In this document: piece by piece, positions 49,473 through 59,701 of the stretch
How positions within the stretch are numbered: position 1 is the first letter of the stretch
Layout of the letters: every line of letters starts with the position of its first letter
DNA from: Vicinamibacteria bacterium
GTDB lineage: Bacteria > Acidobacteriota > Vicinamibacteria > Marinacidobacterales > Marinacidobacteraceae
Length of the DNA stretch: 64,000 bases
Assembly: GCA_964291235.2 (NCBI GenBank)
Contig: OZ219815.1
Coordinates: forward strand, 1,088,001 to 1,152,000
Direction of reading: 5' to 3'
The notes under the pieces: model-generated
Told to the model about the DNA's origin: nothing
The model's database searches: none
The model's input: the letters and a program-made list of their open reading frames with translations, nothing else
Program-made: the position numbers and the translations under genes

Positions 49473-52201
49473 TGGCTCCAGAGGCGAAAAAAGGTCTCGT
49501 CGAAATACCGAATGTCCGCCGCTCCGTGGTGGCGGCCCTCATGCGGCGGGACCTCCGCATGTATTTCTCGAATCCGTCGGGCTATGTCTTCCTGACGCTC
49601 TTCATCCTGCTGAGTGCGGCCGCCGCGTTCTGGCAGGACCGCTTCTTCCTGAACAACCTGGCGAACCTCGACCAGTTGAACGGGCTGTTCCCGTACATCC
49701 TGCTCTTTTTCATCCCCGCTCTCACCATGTCGGTGTGGGCCGAGGAGAAGAAGCTCGGGACCGACGAACTGCTGCTCACCCTCCCGGCGACCGACCTGGA
49801 GATCGTGCTCGGCAAGTACGCCGCGGTCCTCGGGATCTACGGCGCGGCGCTGGTGCTTTCCCTGAGCCACGCGCTGGTGCTCATGTTCCTCGGAAGCCCC
49901 GACTGGGGCCTGCTCTTCGCCAACTACGTCGGGTACGCGCTCCTCGGGGCGGCGCTGGCCGCGGCCGGGATGGCGGCGTCGCTGCTCACCTCGATCCCCA
50001 CGGTGGCGTTCATCCTGGGAGCGGTCGCGGCGGCCGTCCTGGTGCTGCCGGGGCTCTTCGTCGGTAGCTTCAGCCCCTGGCTCGCGCAGATGCTGGAGCC
50101 GGTCTCGGCCATCTTCCACTTCGACGAGTTCGGGCGCGGGGTCATTCCGTTCACCTCGGTGCTCTATTTCGCCGCGGTCGCGGGCTTCTTCCTCTATCTG
50201 AACGTCCTGTTCATCGGGAAGCGGCACTGGCCGGCCGCCGCCGACGGGTACCGGATGTCCACGCACCACGCGGTCCGGGCCGTTTCGGTGGCGCTCGCGC
50301 TGCTCAGCGCCATCGTGCTCATCTCGCGACTCGGTTTCCGTCTCGACACCACCGCCGAGCGCCTCCATTCGCTTTCCGGCGAGACGCGCGCCCTGCTGCG
50401 CGCCCTGCCTGATGACCGGCCGGTCTTCGTTCAGGCCTATCTGAGTCCGGAGGTCCCGGAGCCGCTCGTCCAGACCCGCGCGACGCTGATGAGCGTTCTT
50501 CGCGAGATGGAGTCGGTGAGCGGAGGCCGCGTCCAGGTGCTGGTGGAGGACACGGAGCCCTTCACCGAGGCGGCCCGGGAAGCGCGGGAGAAGTTCGGCA
50601 TCATGCCGCGGGAGATCCCCAGCGTGAGCTCGGCTCGGACCGGGGTCAGCGATGTGTTCATGGGGGTGGCGTTCACCCGCGCCGCCGAGGAGCAGGTGAT
50701 TCCGTTCTTCGACCGGGGCCTTCCCGTCGAGTACGAGCTCGCCCGCAGCATCCGGGTGGTGGCGAACACCGAAAAGAGGCGGATCGGAGTCATCTCCAAG
50801 GAACTCCGCATCTTTGGCGGCCTCGACTTCCAGACCATGCGGAGTTCGCCGGAGTGGTCGGTGGTGGACGAACTGCGGAAGCAGTACGAAGTGGTGCAGA
50901 TCCAGCCCAACGCCATGATCACCGAGGACGTGGACGGGCTGCTGGTGGTGTTGCCATCGACCCTCGCGGATGACGAAATGAACAACGTCACCGACTTCAT
51001 CCGCACCGGTGTCCCGGCGGTGTTGCTGGTGGATCCGCTTCCGGTGGTGAACATCGGCCTCGCCCCCTCGGAGCCTCCGGGCGCTTCGCAGAATCCGTTC
51101 ATGCAGCAGGGCCAGCCCCCGCCGACCCCGAAGGGGAACATCCAGTCCTTCCTGGCCAATCTGGGGATTTCCTGGGATCCGGGCGGAATCGTCTGGGACG
51201 CCTACAACCCGCATCCCGACCTCGGGCATCTGCCTCCGGAGGTGGTGTTCCTCGGCGAGGGAAGTGGCAACCTCGAGGTTTTCTCGGACGCTTCCGCGGC
51301 GAGCGCCGGACTGCAGCAGGTGGTCCTCATCTATCCCGGGTACTTCGAACCCCTGCCGGGAGGGGCGGCCGAGTTTGAGCCGCTGCTGACCACCGGAGAT
51401 GTTTCCGGCGTCTTGCCGTACTTCCAGATGGTGCAGCGGAACTTCCTGGGTTCCCAACTGAACCCCAACCTGCCGCACCGGCCCGACCCGATGAACTACG
51501 TGGTCGCCGCGGAGGCGCGGACCTTCCGTCCGGAGTCGGCGGAGACCGGGGACGACGAAGAACCAGAGCCGGGCGCCGAGGCGGACAGCACCCGGATCAT
51601 CGCCATCGCCGACCTCGATTTCATTTCGGAGCAGTTCTTCGAACTGCGCCGGATCGGGCCGCCGAACCTGAATTTCGACAACGTGTCGTTCTTCCTGAAC
51701 GCGATGGACGTCCTCGTTGGGGACGAGTCCTTCGTGGCGCTCCGCAACCGTCGGGTGCGCCACCGCACGCTCGAAACGGTCGAGTCCCGGGTACGCGAGT
51801 TCACCGAACAGCGGAGCTTCGAAGAGGATGAAGCCGAATCCAGCGCCCAGGAGGCGCTCCGCCAGGCTCAGGAGCGGCTCGACCGCCGGGTCGCGGCGGT
51901 GCAGGAGCGCGACGATCTCGACGCCCAGGCCAAGCAGATCATGGCCCGGAACCTTCAAGAGGTGGAGAACCGGCGTTTCAGCGTGCTCGAAGCCAACATC
52001 AATGCCGAGAAGGACGCGCAGGTCCGCGCCAGCGAGGAACGGATGGAAGCGCAGATCCGGCGCATCCAGAGCGGCATCCGTACCGCCGCGGTGCTGCTGC
52101 CCCCGATTCCGGTATTCCTGCTCGGGGTGTTCACCTTCGTGCGCCGGCGAAGGGCGGAGTTCGAGGGGGCGGCCGCCGCGCGCCGCCTGCGACAGCGTTA
52201 G
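49469..52201 (+). CDS. GldF-GldG fusion (ABC-2 permease + Gldg auxiliary domain)
   Basis: YFSNPSGY, PALTMS.WAEEKK.GT.ELL, LDTTAERLHSLS, EYELARSI, C-terminal TM. Confidence 0.85.
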   Translation: MMAPEAKKGLVEIPNVRRSVVAALMRRDLRMYFSNPSGYVFLTLFILLSAAAAFWQDRFFLNNLANLDQLNGLFPYILLFFIPALTMSVWAEEKKLGTDELLLTLPATDLEIVLGKYAAVLGIYGAALVLSLSHALVLMFLGSPDWGLLFANYVGYALLGAALAAAGMAASLLTSIPTVAFILGAVAAAVLVLPGLFVGSFSPWLAQMLEPVSAIFHFDEFGRGVIPFTSVLYFAAVAGFFLYLNVLFIGKRHWPAAADGYRMSTHHAVRAVSVALALLSAIVLISRLGFRLDTTAERLHSLSGETRALLRALPDDRPVFVQAYLSPEVPEPLVQTRATLMSVLREMESVSGGRVQVLVEDTEPFTEAAREAREKFGIMPREIPSVSSARTGVSDVFMGVAFTRAAEEQVIPFFDRGLPVEYELARSIRVVANTEKRRIGVISKELRIFGGLDFQTMRSSPEWSVVDELRKQYEVVQIQPNAMITEDVDGLLVVLPSTLADDEMNNVTDFIRTGVPAVLLVDPLPVVNIGLAPSEPPGASQNPFMQQGQPPPTPKGNIQSFLANLGISWDPGGIVWDAYNPHPDLGHLPPEVVFLGEGSGNLEVFSDASAASAGLQQVVLIYPGYFEPLPGGAAEFEPLLTTGDVSGVLPYFQMVQRNFLGSQLNPNLPHRPDPMNYVVAAEARTFRPESAETGDDEEPEPGAEADSTRIIAIADLDFISEQFFELRRIGPPNLNFDNVSFFLNAMDVLVGDESFVALRNRRVRHRTLETVESRVREFTEQRSFEEDEAESSAQEALRQAQERLDRRVAAVQERDDLDAQAKQIMARNLQEVENRRFSVLEANINAEKDAQVRASEERMEAQIRRIQSGIRTAAVLLPPIPVFLLGVFTFVRRRRAEFEGAAAARRLRQR

Positions 52202-52222
52202 AGCGGTGAGGAGAGAGAAGAG

Positions 52223-53638
52223 ATGACCGAATCGAAGAACGGCGCCGTAAACCCGGAGGTCCGCAAGGCCGCCGGACCGGAGATGCGCCGCACGCAGACG
52301 ATCGCCGGCGCCGCGCTGCTGCTGACCGTGCTCGCCGCGGTCAGTGCCCCGCGCAACCCGGAACCGAGTGACTTCGTGGACCTCGGGGAGCGCTTCTTCC
52401 CGAACTTCGAGGATCCCGAGGAGGCCATGTCGCTCGAGGTGATCGAGTTCGACGAGGCGACCGCCGAGGCGATTCCGTTCCGCGTCCAGAACGAGAACGG
52501 CATCTGGACCATCCCGAGCCACCACGACTACCCGGCCGACGGCCAGGACCGGCTGGCGCAGACCGCCGCCGGGATCATGCTGCTCGAGAAAAATGACTTC
52601 CGTTCCGAGAACGTGGCCGATCACCCTTCGCTCGGCGTCGTGGATCCCCTCGACGAGGGGGCGGTCTCCCTCATCGGCCGGGGCCGCCGGGTGACGGTCA
52701 AGGCGAGCGGCGACCGGGTGCTGGCCGACCTCGTCATCGGGCGGCAGGTGCCGGACCGCGAGGGCTCCTACTTTGTCCGGGTTCCGGGACAAAAGCGCGT
52801 TTATGTCTCGCAGCTCGGAGTGGACATCTCCGCGCAGTTCGGAGACTGGATCGAGCGCGACCTGCTGCTCATGGACCGCGATCGCGTGGGTGAGGCGGTC
52901 CTCGAGGACTACACCATCAACGAACGAACGCTGCAGGTGGATCGGCGGGGCCGGCTCGCGCTCTCCAAGGAAGGCAGCGATTGGACGGCGGAGGGCCTCG
53001 CCTCGGACGAGGAAGTGGATTCCTTCGAGATGAACGAACTGCTGCGCGCCGCCGACGAACTGGAGATCGTGGGGGTCCGGCCCAAGCCCGAGGGCATCGC
53101 GGCCACCCTGACCGGCGACGCCATGGGCGTTTCGAACGCCGACATCCTCTCGCTCCAGAGCCGGGGCTACTACCTGACCCAGGGCGGCAACCTGCTCTCC
53201 AACGAGGGTGAGGTCCGGCTCGAAACCGACGCGGGCATCCGCTACACCCTCCGGTTCGGGGAGGTGGTCTACGGGCGGGACGAGGACGTCAGCGCCGGGA
53301 GCGAGGCGGAGGACACGGCCGACGCGGCCTCATCCGGCCCCGCCGAGAACCGCTACCTCTTCGTCACCGCGGAGTTTCAGCCCGAGCGCTTCCCCGAGCC
53401 GCGGCGTCCGGCGAACCGGGACTATCAGGACAAGCCGTCCGACGAACTCACCGACGGGGACCGCGAAAACCGGGACCTGGCCCGCGCCTGGGACCGCTGG
53501 CAGGACGATGTCGAAACGGGCCGGGAACTCGAAGAGACGCTGACCCGGCGCTTCGCCGAGTGGTACTACGTCATCTCTCAGGAGAGCTTCGAGAACATCC
53601 GCAAGACCCGCGACGACCTCGTCCGCGACGCGAGCTGA
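52223..53638 (+). CDS. DUF4340 domain protein
   Basis: N-terminal TM, W…HDYPAD, LVIG, YFVR, WIERDLL; usual partner of GldA/F/G. Confidence 0.75.
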   Translation: MTESKNGAVNPEVRKAAGPEMRRTQTIAGAALLLTVLAAVSAPRNPEPSDFVDLGERFFPNFEDPEEAMSLEVIEFDEATAEAIPFRVQNENGIWTIPSHHDYPADGQDRLAQTAAGIMLLEKNDFRSENVADHPSLGVVDPLDEGAVSLIGRGRRVTVKASGDRVLADLVIGRQVPDREGSYFVRVPGQKRVYVSQLGVDISAQFGDWIERDLLLMDRDRVGEAVLEDYTINERTLQVDRRGRLALSKEGSDWTAEGLASDEEVDSFEMNELLRAADELEIVGVRPKPEGIAATLTGDAMGVSNADILSLQSRGYYLTQGGNLLSNEGEVRLETDAGIRYTLRFGEVVYGRDEDVSAGSEAEDTADAASSGPAENRYLFVTAEFQPERFPEPRRPANRDYQDKPSDELTDGDRENRDLARAWDRWQDDVETGRELEETLTRRFAEWYYVISQESFENIRKTRDDLVRDAS

Positions 53639-53646
53639 AGGCGACG

Positions 53647-54102
53647 GTGGCCGGCGAGTTCGATCGTCTTCTCAAGCGGGTCACAGAATCCTTCAAGCGC
53701 CTGGGCGACCAACCGTTGGTCCGGGTAAAGGACTCGTCCGGGATCTGCAACTGCCCCGGAATCTATGTCTTCTACGACAAGGACGGCCCGTGCCGCGTAG
53801 GCACAACCAGGAAGTTGCGCACGCGGGTGCGGCAGCACCATGGGAAGAATCCCCGCAATGCGGCGTTCGCGAAGCGCTTGGCCCGCATCGCAACCGGCAT
53901 TCACGGGTCAGCGCAGGAGGGCTGGGAGAAGCAGGTGGAGACGTATTCAGAGCTCGGGAAGGCCTTTGAAGCGGCCAGGGGACAGATTCGCGAGATGTCT
54001 GTTCGTTGCGTTGTGGAGCGCGATCCCGACGTTCGATACCTCTTGGAGTTCTACGCGGCCAAGGAGCTGCAAACCCCCCACAACGACTTCCGCGAGACCT
54101 GA
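53647..54102 (+). CDS. Putative GIY-YIG-like nuclease
   Basis: PGIYVF-x6-RVG…LRTRVRQH, LLE…N; lower GC than neighbours. Confidence 0.5.
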   Translation: MAGEFDRLLKRVTESFKRLGDQPLVRVKDSSGICNCPGIYVFYDKDGPCRVGTTRKLRTRVRQHHGKNPRNAAFAKRLARIATGIHGSAQEGWEKQVETYSELGKAFEAARGQIREMSVRCVVERDPDVRYLLEFYAAKELQTPHNDFRET

Positions 54103-54167
54103 CGTAGTTGACGCGCGCCGGGCCTTCCCTTCGGGCGGCGCCCGCCGTTCTTGACGGGTGCGTTTGG

Positions 54168-54365
54168 CTACAGGAGCAGTTTGATCAGGGCGACGATGAC
54201 CAAGGTTTGAATGATGAATGCCCCAATCAGCACCCACTTCATCAACTCGGCTTGCAGATCGGCGAGACGCTTCTCCTGATCCAACCGAATTCTTGCCTCC
54301 GTGTACGCCATCTCTGCCCGGAGCTGCGCTTCGGTGATCGAGTGCGCCGTCTGGTTGGTCGCCAT
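54168..54365 (-). CDS. Small DUF1640-like coiled-coil/TM protein
   Basis: TEAQL…ELMKW + hydrophobic tail; resembles the protein at 30054. Confidence 0.55.
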   Translation of the reverse strand: MATNQTAHSITEAQLRAEMAYTEARIRLDQEKRLADLQAELMKWVLIGAFIIQTLVIVALIKLLL

Positions 54366-54406
54366 ACCCGCATACGAGAGGCCCGACTCGGCTCGGCGAA
54401 TCCCGC

Positions 54407-55363
54407 TCAGCGGCGGGACTGGGTGAGCGCCGTGTTACAGCGGGCGGCGTCTTCCGTCCGCCCGGCTTCTTCAAGCACCCCGCAGGCGTCTTCAAGCGCC
54501 GGCCGCACGATGGGTGCGAGTTCCTCGCCCCCATCGATCATCGCCGCCCATCCGTCCACCGCTTCGATCAGGTGGACGAGCGCTTCCCGCTCGCCGAAGC
54601 GGTGGAGCGCCCGTCCCAGGCGGTAGCGGATGAGGGGGTTGTCCGGCTCCTGTTCGAGCGCCAGCCGGTAGGACTCGATGGCCCGGCGGATGTCCCCGGC
54701 ATCGTCGTAGGCCACCCCCGTCCGGTGGTGGGTGTCGGCCCGGGAGGAGCGGCGATCGGCTTCCGCCTCCCGCGCGGAGCGCACCGTCTCCGGATCCTCC
54801 GAGAGCAGGGCTGCGATATCGCGGTGTTCCTTCTTCCGCGCCAAGCTGAGAGCGGTCTCGCCGTTCATGGCCGTCACGGTGGGATCGGCCCCCGCCGCCA
54901 GGAGCAGCCGCACCGCCTCGGTCCGGCCCCGGTCCACCGCACTGAGCAGCGGGGTCGCACCCCAGCGCGCCGCGGCATTCGCGTCGGCGCCGGCCTCCAG
55001 CAGGAGCCGCATCGTCCCCAGATGTCCCCCCATCGAAGCCCGGTTGAGCGGCGTGATGCCGTTCTCCGCCGGGTCGTCCGCGGCCGCCCCCCTTTCGAGA
55101 AGGTAGGCAACGAACTCGTCCCGGCCGAGCACCGCCGCCACGTGGAGCGCGGTCATCCCGTTCGGCGCCTTGGCGTCCACCGCCATCCCCCCCTCGATCG
55201 CCGCGGCCATGATCTCGAACTCGCCGTCCCGCACCGCGTTCAGGACCTCTTCGAGCTGTGGGTCGAGCCGGGGCGGCTGGGCGGCGGCAACCGCGGAGAC
55301 CAGCAGAATCGCCACGATCCCGCGCATCGGCAATCCCGGCGAGGGCGGGACGGGGATCCGCAT
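54407..55363 (-). CDS. Secreted ankyrin-repeat + TPR protein
   Basis: GMTALHVAA, GITPLNRA, GATPLLSA, GETALSLA; GVAY…AIESYRLAL…P…YRLG TPR. Confidence 0.85.
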   Translation of the reverse strand: MRIPVPPSPGLPMRGIVAILLVSAVAAAQPPRLDPQLEEVLNAVRDGEFEIMAAAIEGGMAVDAKAPNGMTALHVAAVLGRDEFVAYLLERGAAADDPAENGITPLNRASMGGHLGTMRLLLEAGADANAAARWGATPLLSAVDRGRTEAVRLLLAAGADPTVTAMNGETALSLARKKEHRDIAALLSEDPETVRSAREAEADRRSSRADTHHRTGVAYDDAGDIRRAIESYRLALEQEPDNPLIRYRLGRALHRFGEREALVHLIEAVDGWAAMIDGGEELAPIVRPALEDACGVLEEAGRTEDAARCNTALTQSRR

Positions 55364-55373
55364 CGGAAGATCG

Positions 55374-55763
55374 TCAGGCGGGTGAGATCACCCGGATGCC
55401 GGCGGCCGTCGCGGCAGCGGCGAGGCGCTGGTCGTAGGTCACGAACGAGGCCAGGCCGAACAGGGACCGGGCCGTGGCGAGGTGGATTGCGTCGAGACTC
55501 CGAAGACCGGCCGGTCCCACCTCCGCCGCCGCGCTCAGAACGCGATCGTCCGGTGGGACCAGCGCGATCCGGGCGAGCATTCGCTCCGCATCTCGCAGGG
55601 CCTCTTCATGGAGACTCCTTCGACGGATCGCCCGCAAGACTTCCAGGCGCGAGAGCGCACTGGAAATCCAGTCGCCGGTCGGGGCGAGTTGTTGCCTCAG
55701 CGCTGCGGACTCCGGCTCGGGAACGACGAGTTTCACGATCGCCGAGGAATCCAGGTAGATCAC
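55374..55763 (-). CDS. vapC: VapC family PIN toxin
   Basis: YLDSSAIVKL, LE, LRSLDAIHLA, TYD. Confidence 0.9.
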   Translation of the reverse strand: MIYLDSSAIVKLVVPEPESAALRQQLAPTGDWISSALSRLEVLRAIRRRSLHEEALRDAERMLARIALVPPDDRVLSAAAEVGPAGLRSLDAIHLATARSLFGLASFVTYDQRLAAAATAAGIRVISPA

Positions 55764-55784
55764 GGCGGCAAGCGCAGGGACGGC

Positions 55785-56078
55785 CTAGAGGCGGTCTTCC
55801 CGGTCCCGGATCAGGTCCTCGCTGACGGCGCGGCTCGGCTCACCCTTGGGGGGCGGCAGGTCCCGCGGATCTCCCTCCGGCGGCCGCACCCGTCCCTCGG
55901 CGATCAGCCGCTCAAGGGGCGACAGGTCACTCTGGAGGGGTATCAGAAGTGCTACCGGATTCCCCCGATCGGTGACCTCGAAACGTTCGCCGCGGTCGAT
56001 TCGGCGCAGATAGACACTCAGGTTCTGGCGAAGCTCCCGGACCCCAACCCGGGAAGTGGCAGCGGACGTCTCGGCCAT
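55785..56078 (-). CDS. Phd/YefM family antitoxin
   Basis: VGVRELRQNLS…GE…VTDRGNPVALL; upstream of vapC. Confidence 0.88.
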   Translation of the reverse strand: MAETSAATSRVGVRELRQNLSVYLRRIDRGERFEVTDRGNPVALLIPLQSDLSPLERLIAEGRVRPPEGDPRDLPPPKGEPSRAVSEDLIRDREDRL

Positions 56079-56083
56079 GATGA

Positions 56084-56101
56084 CGCACATGGTAGCACAT
56101 G
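56084..56101 (-). promoter_or_regulatory. Probable TA promoter/operator
   Basis: Minus strand CATGTGC-TAC-CATGTGC direct repeat overlapping an extended -10 (TGcTACCAT) just before the antitoxin ATG. Confidence 0.45.
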
Positions 56102-56134
56102 AATTCGCGCATTCCGCCGGATAGAATCGGTTTC

Positions 56135-56758
56135 GTGAAGGAAGCTCAGAATCAAAGTAGCCGGCGCAGGTTCCTGAAGAGTTCCGGGGCAGTCGTCGCC
56201 GCGGTGGCGGCGCCGGCCGGCGCCGCGGCGGCAGCGGGGCAGGAATCCCCCGGTCTCTCGATTTCACTCGAGCTGCCGTTGCTCGGCGCGTTCGCCGAGG
56301 CGGTGCTACCGGAGGAGATCGGTCAGGAAGGCGTCACGGACGCCCTCAGGGACTTCGTCACCTGGTTGAACGGTTTCGAGCCGGTTGCCGAGTTGCCGCA
56401 TCCCTATCTGTCGTCCGTTGAAGTGCAGTACGGGCCGCCGCACCCGGCGCCCCGGTGGGCGTCCCAGCTCCAGGCGATCGATCTGCTCGCGACCAAGGAG
56501 CACGGCGCCTCTTTCGCCGAACTTCCCGTCGCCACCCGCCGGAAGCTGATCGCGGCCGACCTCGAGCGGCACGACGCCGACGGGGACCTCCCGCGGCCGG
56601 CGTACGCCGGACATGTCGCCGTCGGACTGCTCGCGCACTTCTATTCGCGGCCGAAGGCCGCCGATCTGGCCTACGGCGCGCGGATCAACGCCCGCGCCTG
56701 CCGCGACCTCGCATCGGGAGCCGCCATGCCGGCGTCCCTCGCCACGATGGAGGGGTAA
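56135..56758 (+). CDS. Tat-signal protein, gluconate 2-dehydrogenase subunit 3-like
   Basis: SRRRFLK Tat motif, HGASFAEL, FYS.P; directly upstream of a GMC flavoprotein. Confidence 0.7.
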   Translation: MKEAQNQSSRRRFLKSSGAVVAAVAAPAGAAAAAGQESPGLSISLELPLLGAFAEAVLPEEIGQEGVTDALRDFVTWLNGFEPVAELPHPYLSSVEVQYGPPHPAPRWASQLQAIDLLATKEHGASFAELPVATRRKLIAADLERHDADGDLPRPAYAGHVAVGLLAHFYSRPKAADLAYGARINARACRDLASGAAMPASLATMEG

Positions 56759-56763
56759 CCGGA

Positions 56764-58356
56764 ATGCCGCAGCTCATCGAGGCCGACGTCGTCATCATCG
56801 GGGGCGGGATCAGCGCCGCCATGGTGGCCGAACGCGTCGCCGAGGACACCGACGCATCCATCGCGGTGATCGAGGCCGGGAACCGGATCTTCGATTTCGA
56901 GAACCGCTTCAACACCCGGCGGCGCTTCCTCGACTACGGAGAGAACCCGTACCACGGCGACCACATCCCCGGCCACGACTGCAAGAACGCGCAGTCCCGG
57001 TCCATGTCGGTGGGCGGGCTCGCGATGCACTGGGGAGGTACGACCCCCCGCTATTCGCCCGAGGACTTCCGGGTGAAGAGCCTCTTCGGCGTTGGTCACG
57101 ACTGGCCCATTTCCTACGACGATCTCGATCCCTTCTACCAGGAAGCCGAAGAGCGGATCGGAGTGGCCGGCGAACAGGGGCCGGAGGAATACGACCCGCG
57201 GTCCGGCGGCTACCCGATGGATCCGCTACCCACGTCCTACAACCTGACACTCGCGAAGGACTGGGCCGAGAAATCGGGCATCCCCTACTGGAGAAACCCG
57301 GTTTCCAAGAATTCGCGGCCCTGGCGCGGCCGGCGCGCGTGCGTCCGCTGCGACACCTGCTCGATCTGTCCCACCGGGGCCAAGTACAGCCCGGACTTCA
57401 CGTTCCAGAGCCTGCTCGAAGCGGGCCGGATCACCCTCCACGACCGCACCATGGTGCGGCGCCTGGTTCCGAAGGCGGATTCGGACGCCATCGGGCAGGC
57501 CGACGCCTTCCACCGGGACAATCCGGACGATCCGGTCACCATCCGGGCCCGGCACTTCGTGCTCGCCGCCGGCTACGCCTGGTCGTCGCACCTGCTGCTG
57601 ATGAGCGCCGGCGGGCGTTTTCCGGATGGCATCGCGAACCGGTCCGGGACCGTCGGACGGTTCGTCACCGGCCACCGCTGGGTGAACGCCTTCGTCTCGG
57701 TGCCGTTGCGGCTCTACCCGGGGGTGTACCGGCAGGACAGCCTGCTCTCCAAGCGCTTCCAGCACCAGGACGACGAGGCGCAGCCCGACGGCAAGTACAT
57801 CCGCCACGACCTTCGCATCTGGGAATCGGATGTCGGCAAGCGGGCGCGTCTCCGCGACGACAACGGCAACCTCCTGCTCGGTGACGCCGCGCTCCGGGAC
57901 TGGCGCAGCCGCATCGAGACCGGCTCGCTGCGAATGCGCGGCTACTACGACGTGATCCCGGCGCGGGAGAGCGCCCTGACCCTGGAATCGGGCCGCAAGA
58001 ACCCCTGGGGCGACCCGCTTCCCCGGATCGACTTCGTGGACGATCCGGTATCGGCGGAGCTTCGCGGCTACACCGAAGCGAAGATCGAGGAGCGTTTCCG
58101 GCGCATCCTCACCGCGGGCGGCGGCGCGATGCTGAACATCTCGTTTGCGTCCGACTACGACCACCCGGGTGGCGGCTGCCGGATGGGCGACGATCCGAAC
58201 GAGAGCGTGGTGGACGGCTGGGGCCGCGCCCACGACCACGAGAATCTCTGGATCGCCGGCGCCCCCACGATCGTGTCGTCGGGGTGCAACAACGGGACGC
58301 TCACTTTTTCCGCGCTCTCGCTCCGCACCGCTTCCCGACTCGCCCAGGAGGTCTGA
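56764..58356 (+). CDS. GMC family oxidoreductase (FAD, Cys-rich Fe-S motif)
   Basis: DVVIIGGG, VGG..MHWGG, WPISYDDL, CxxCxxCxxCP, HPGGGCRMG, NGTLT. Confidence 0.9.
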   Translation: MPQLIEADVVIIGGGISAAMVAERVAEDTDASIAVIEAGNRIFDFENRFNTRRRFLDYGENPYHGDHIPGHDCKNAQSRSMSVGGLAMHWGGTTPRYSPEDFRVKSLFGVGHDWPISYDDLDPFYQEAEERIGVAGEQGPEEYDPRSGGYPMDPLPTSYNLTLAKDWAEKSGIPYWRNPVSKNSRPWRGRRACVRCDTCSICPTGAKYSPDFTFQSLLEAGRITLHDRTMVRRLVPKADSDAIGQADAFHRDNPDDPVTIRARHFVLAAGYAWSSHLLLMSAGGRFPDGIANRSGTVGRFVTGHRWVNAFVSVPLRLYPGVYRQDSLLSKRFQHQDDEAQPDGKYIRHDLRIWESDVGKRARLRDDNGNLLLGDAALRDWRSRIETGSLRMRGYYDVIPARESALTLESGRKNPWGDPLPRIDFVDDPVSAELRGYTEAKIEERFRRILTAGGGAMLNISFASDYDHPGGGCRMGDDPNESVVDGWGRAHDHENLWIAGAPTIVSSGCNNGTLTFSALSLRTASRLAQEV

Positions 58357-58397
58357 TGCGGGCCCGGAGCAAGGCCGGGATCCGTAGAGCCGGCCCC

Positions 58398-59633
58398 ATG
58401 AATCGCTCCGTTCTGCTGTTCGCCGTCTGCGGGCTCGTGACGGCCTGTGGCGCCGGGCCTCCTTCGCAGCCCGATGTGTCGCATGACGGCATGCTGGTCC
58501 TCACCGCAGACCGGGTGCTCGACGGTCGCGGCGGTGTTCTCGAAAACCACGGGGTCGTCGTGCGCGAAGGCCGGATTGCGGCGGTGCTGCCGGAAGCGGA
58601 CCTGCCCGAGGGTGATCGCCGCGACTTTCCCGGCGCCACCATCCTTCCCGGGTTCATCGACACCCACGTCCACCTGGATTGGCACTTCGGCGAGGACGGC
58701 AGGTTCACCCGCGACGATCCTCCCGAGGTGGACGCCCTCCACGCGGTCGAAAACGGGATCCGCATGCTGGAGGCGGGGTTCACCACCGTGCAGAGCCTCG
58801 GGAGCCCCATCGACGGCCCCGTCCGCGACGCGGTGGCGCGCGGGGTGGTCCCCGGTCCCCGGATCATCACCACGCTGGGATCGCTGAACGCGGGCACCGG
58901 CGGGCCGGAAGCGATGGCTGCCGAGGTGCATCGCCTGGCGGATGCGGGGGCGGACGCGATCAAGATCTTCGCCTCCCGGAGCAGCCGGGACGGAGGCGGG
59001 CCGACGCTGTCGCAGGAGCAGCTCGACGCCGCCTGCGGGGCGGCGAACGAGCGCGGACTCCGCACCCTCGTCCATGCGCACGGGCCGGTGAGCGCTAGCC
59101 GGGCGGCGGAAGGCGGCTGCACCACCATCGAACACGGCTCGCTGCTCGATCAGGCCACGCTCGAGCTACTGGCGGAGAAGGGGCTCTTCTACGACCCGAA
59201 CACCTACCTGATCGTTGCGAACTACCTCGAGAACAAGGACCGCTATCTCGGGATCGGCAACTACACCGAGGAGGGCTTCCAGCTCATGGCGTCGAACCTG
59301 GACGGGCGGATGGACATCTTCGGGAAGGCGCTTGCTACCGAGGGGCTCCGCGTCGTCTTCGGCACGGACGCCGTCGCGGGCGCCCACGGCCAGAACATCC
59401 GGGAGGCGGTGGCGCGCGTGGAGCAGGGCGGGCAGGCGCCCGCCGATCTCATCGTTGCCCTTACCTCGCTGGCCGCCGAATCGCTCGGGCTCGGGGACGA
59501 GATCGGGACCGTCGGGGAGGGCTACGCCGCCGATCTGGTGGTGGTGGAAGGCGACCCGACCACGAATATCACGGCGCTCGGCGACGTGCGGCTGGTCGTG
59601 AAGAACGGCCGCATCCACCGGCCCCGGGGCTGA
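58398..59633 (+). CDS. Amidohydrolase family lipoprotein (paralog 1)
   Basis: VTAC lipobox, PGFIDTHVH, AIKIF, HAHG, IEHG, FGTDA. Confidence 0.9.
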   Translation: MNRSVLLFAVCGLVTACGAGPPSQPDVSHDGMLVLTADRVLDGRGGVLENHGVVVREGRIAAVLPEADLPEGDRRDFPGATILPGFIDTHVHLDWHFGEDGRFTRDDPPEVDALHAVENGIRMLEAGFTTVQSLGSPIDGPVRDAVARGVVPGPRIITTLGSLNAGTGGPEAMAAEVHRLADAGADAIKIFASRSSRDGGGPTLSQEQLDAACGAANERGLRTLVHAHGPVSASRAAEGGCTTIEHGSLLDQATLELLAEKGLFYDPNTYLIVANYLENKDRYLGIGNYTEEGFQLMASNLDGRMDIFGKALATEGLRVVFGTDAVAGAHGQNIREAVARVEQGGQAPADLIVALTSLAAESLGLGDEIGTVGEGYAADLVVVEGDPTTNITALGDVRLVVKNGRIHRPRG

Positions 59634-59701
59634 CGGCGCGTTTTCCCGCGCCCTCCTTCAGGCTGCGGAATGCTCCGCCGTCCGGTCAGCGGACGCGGGA
59701 C

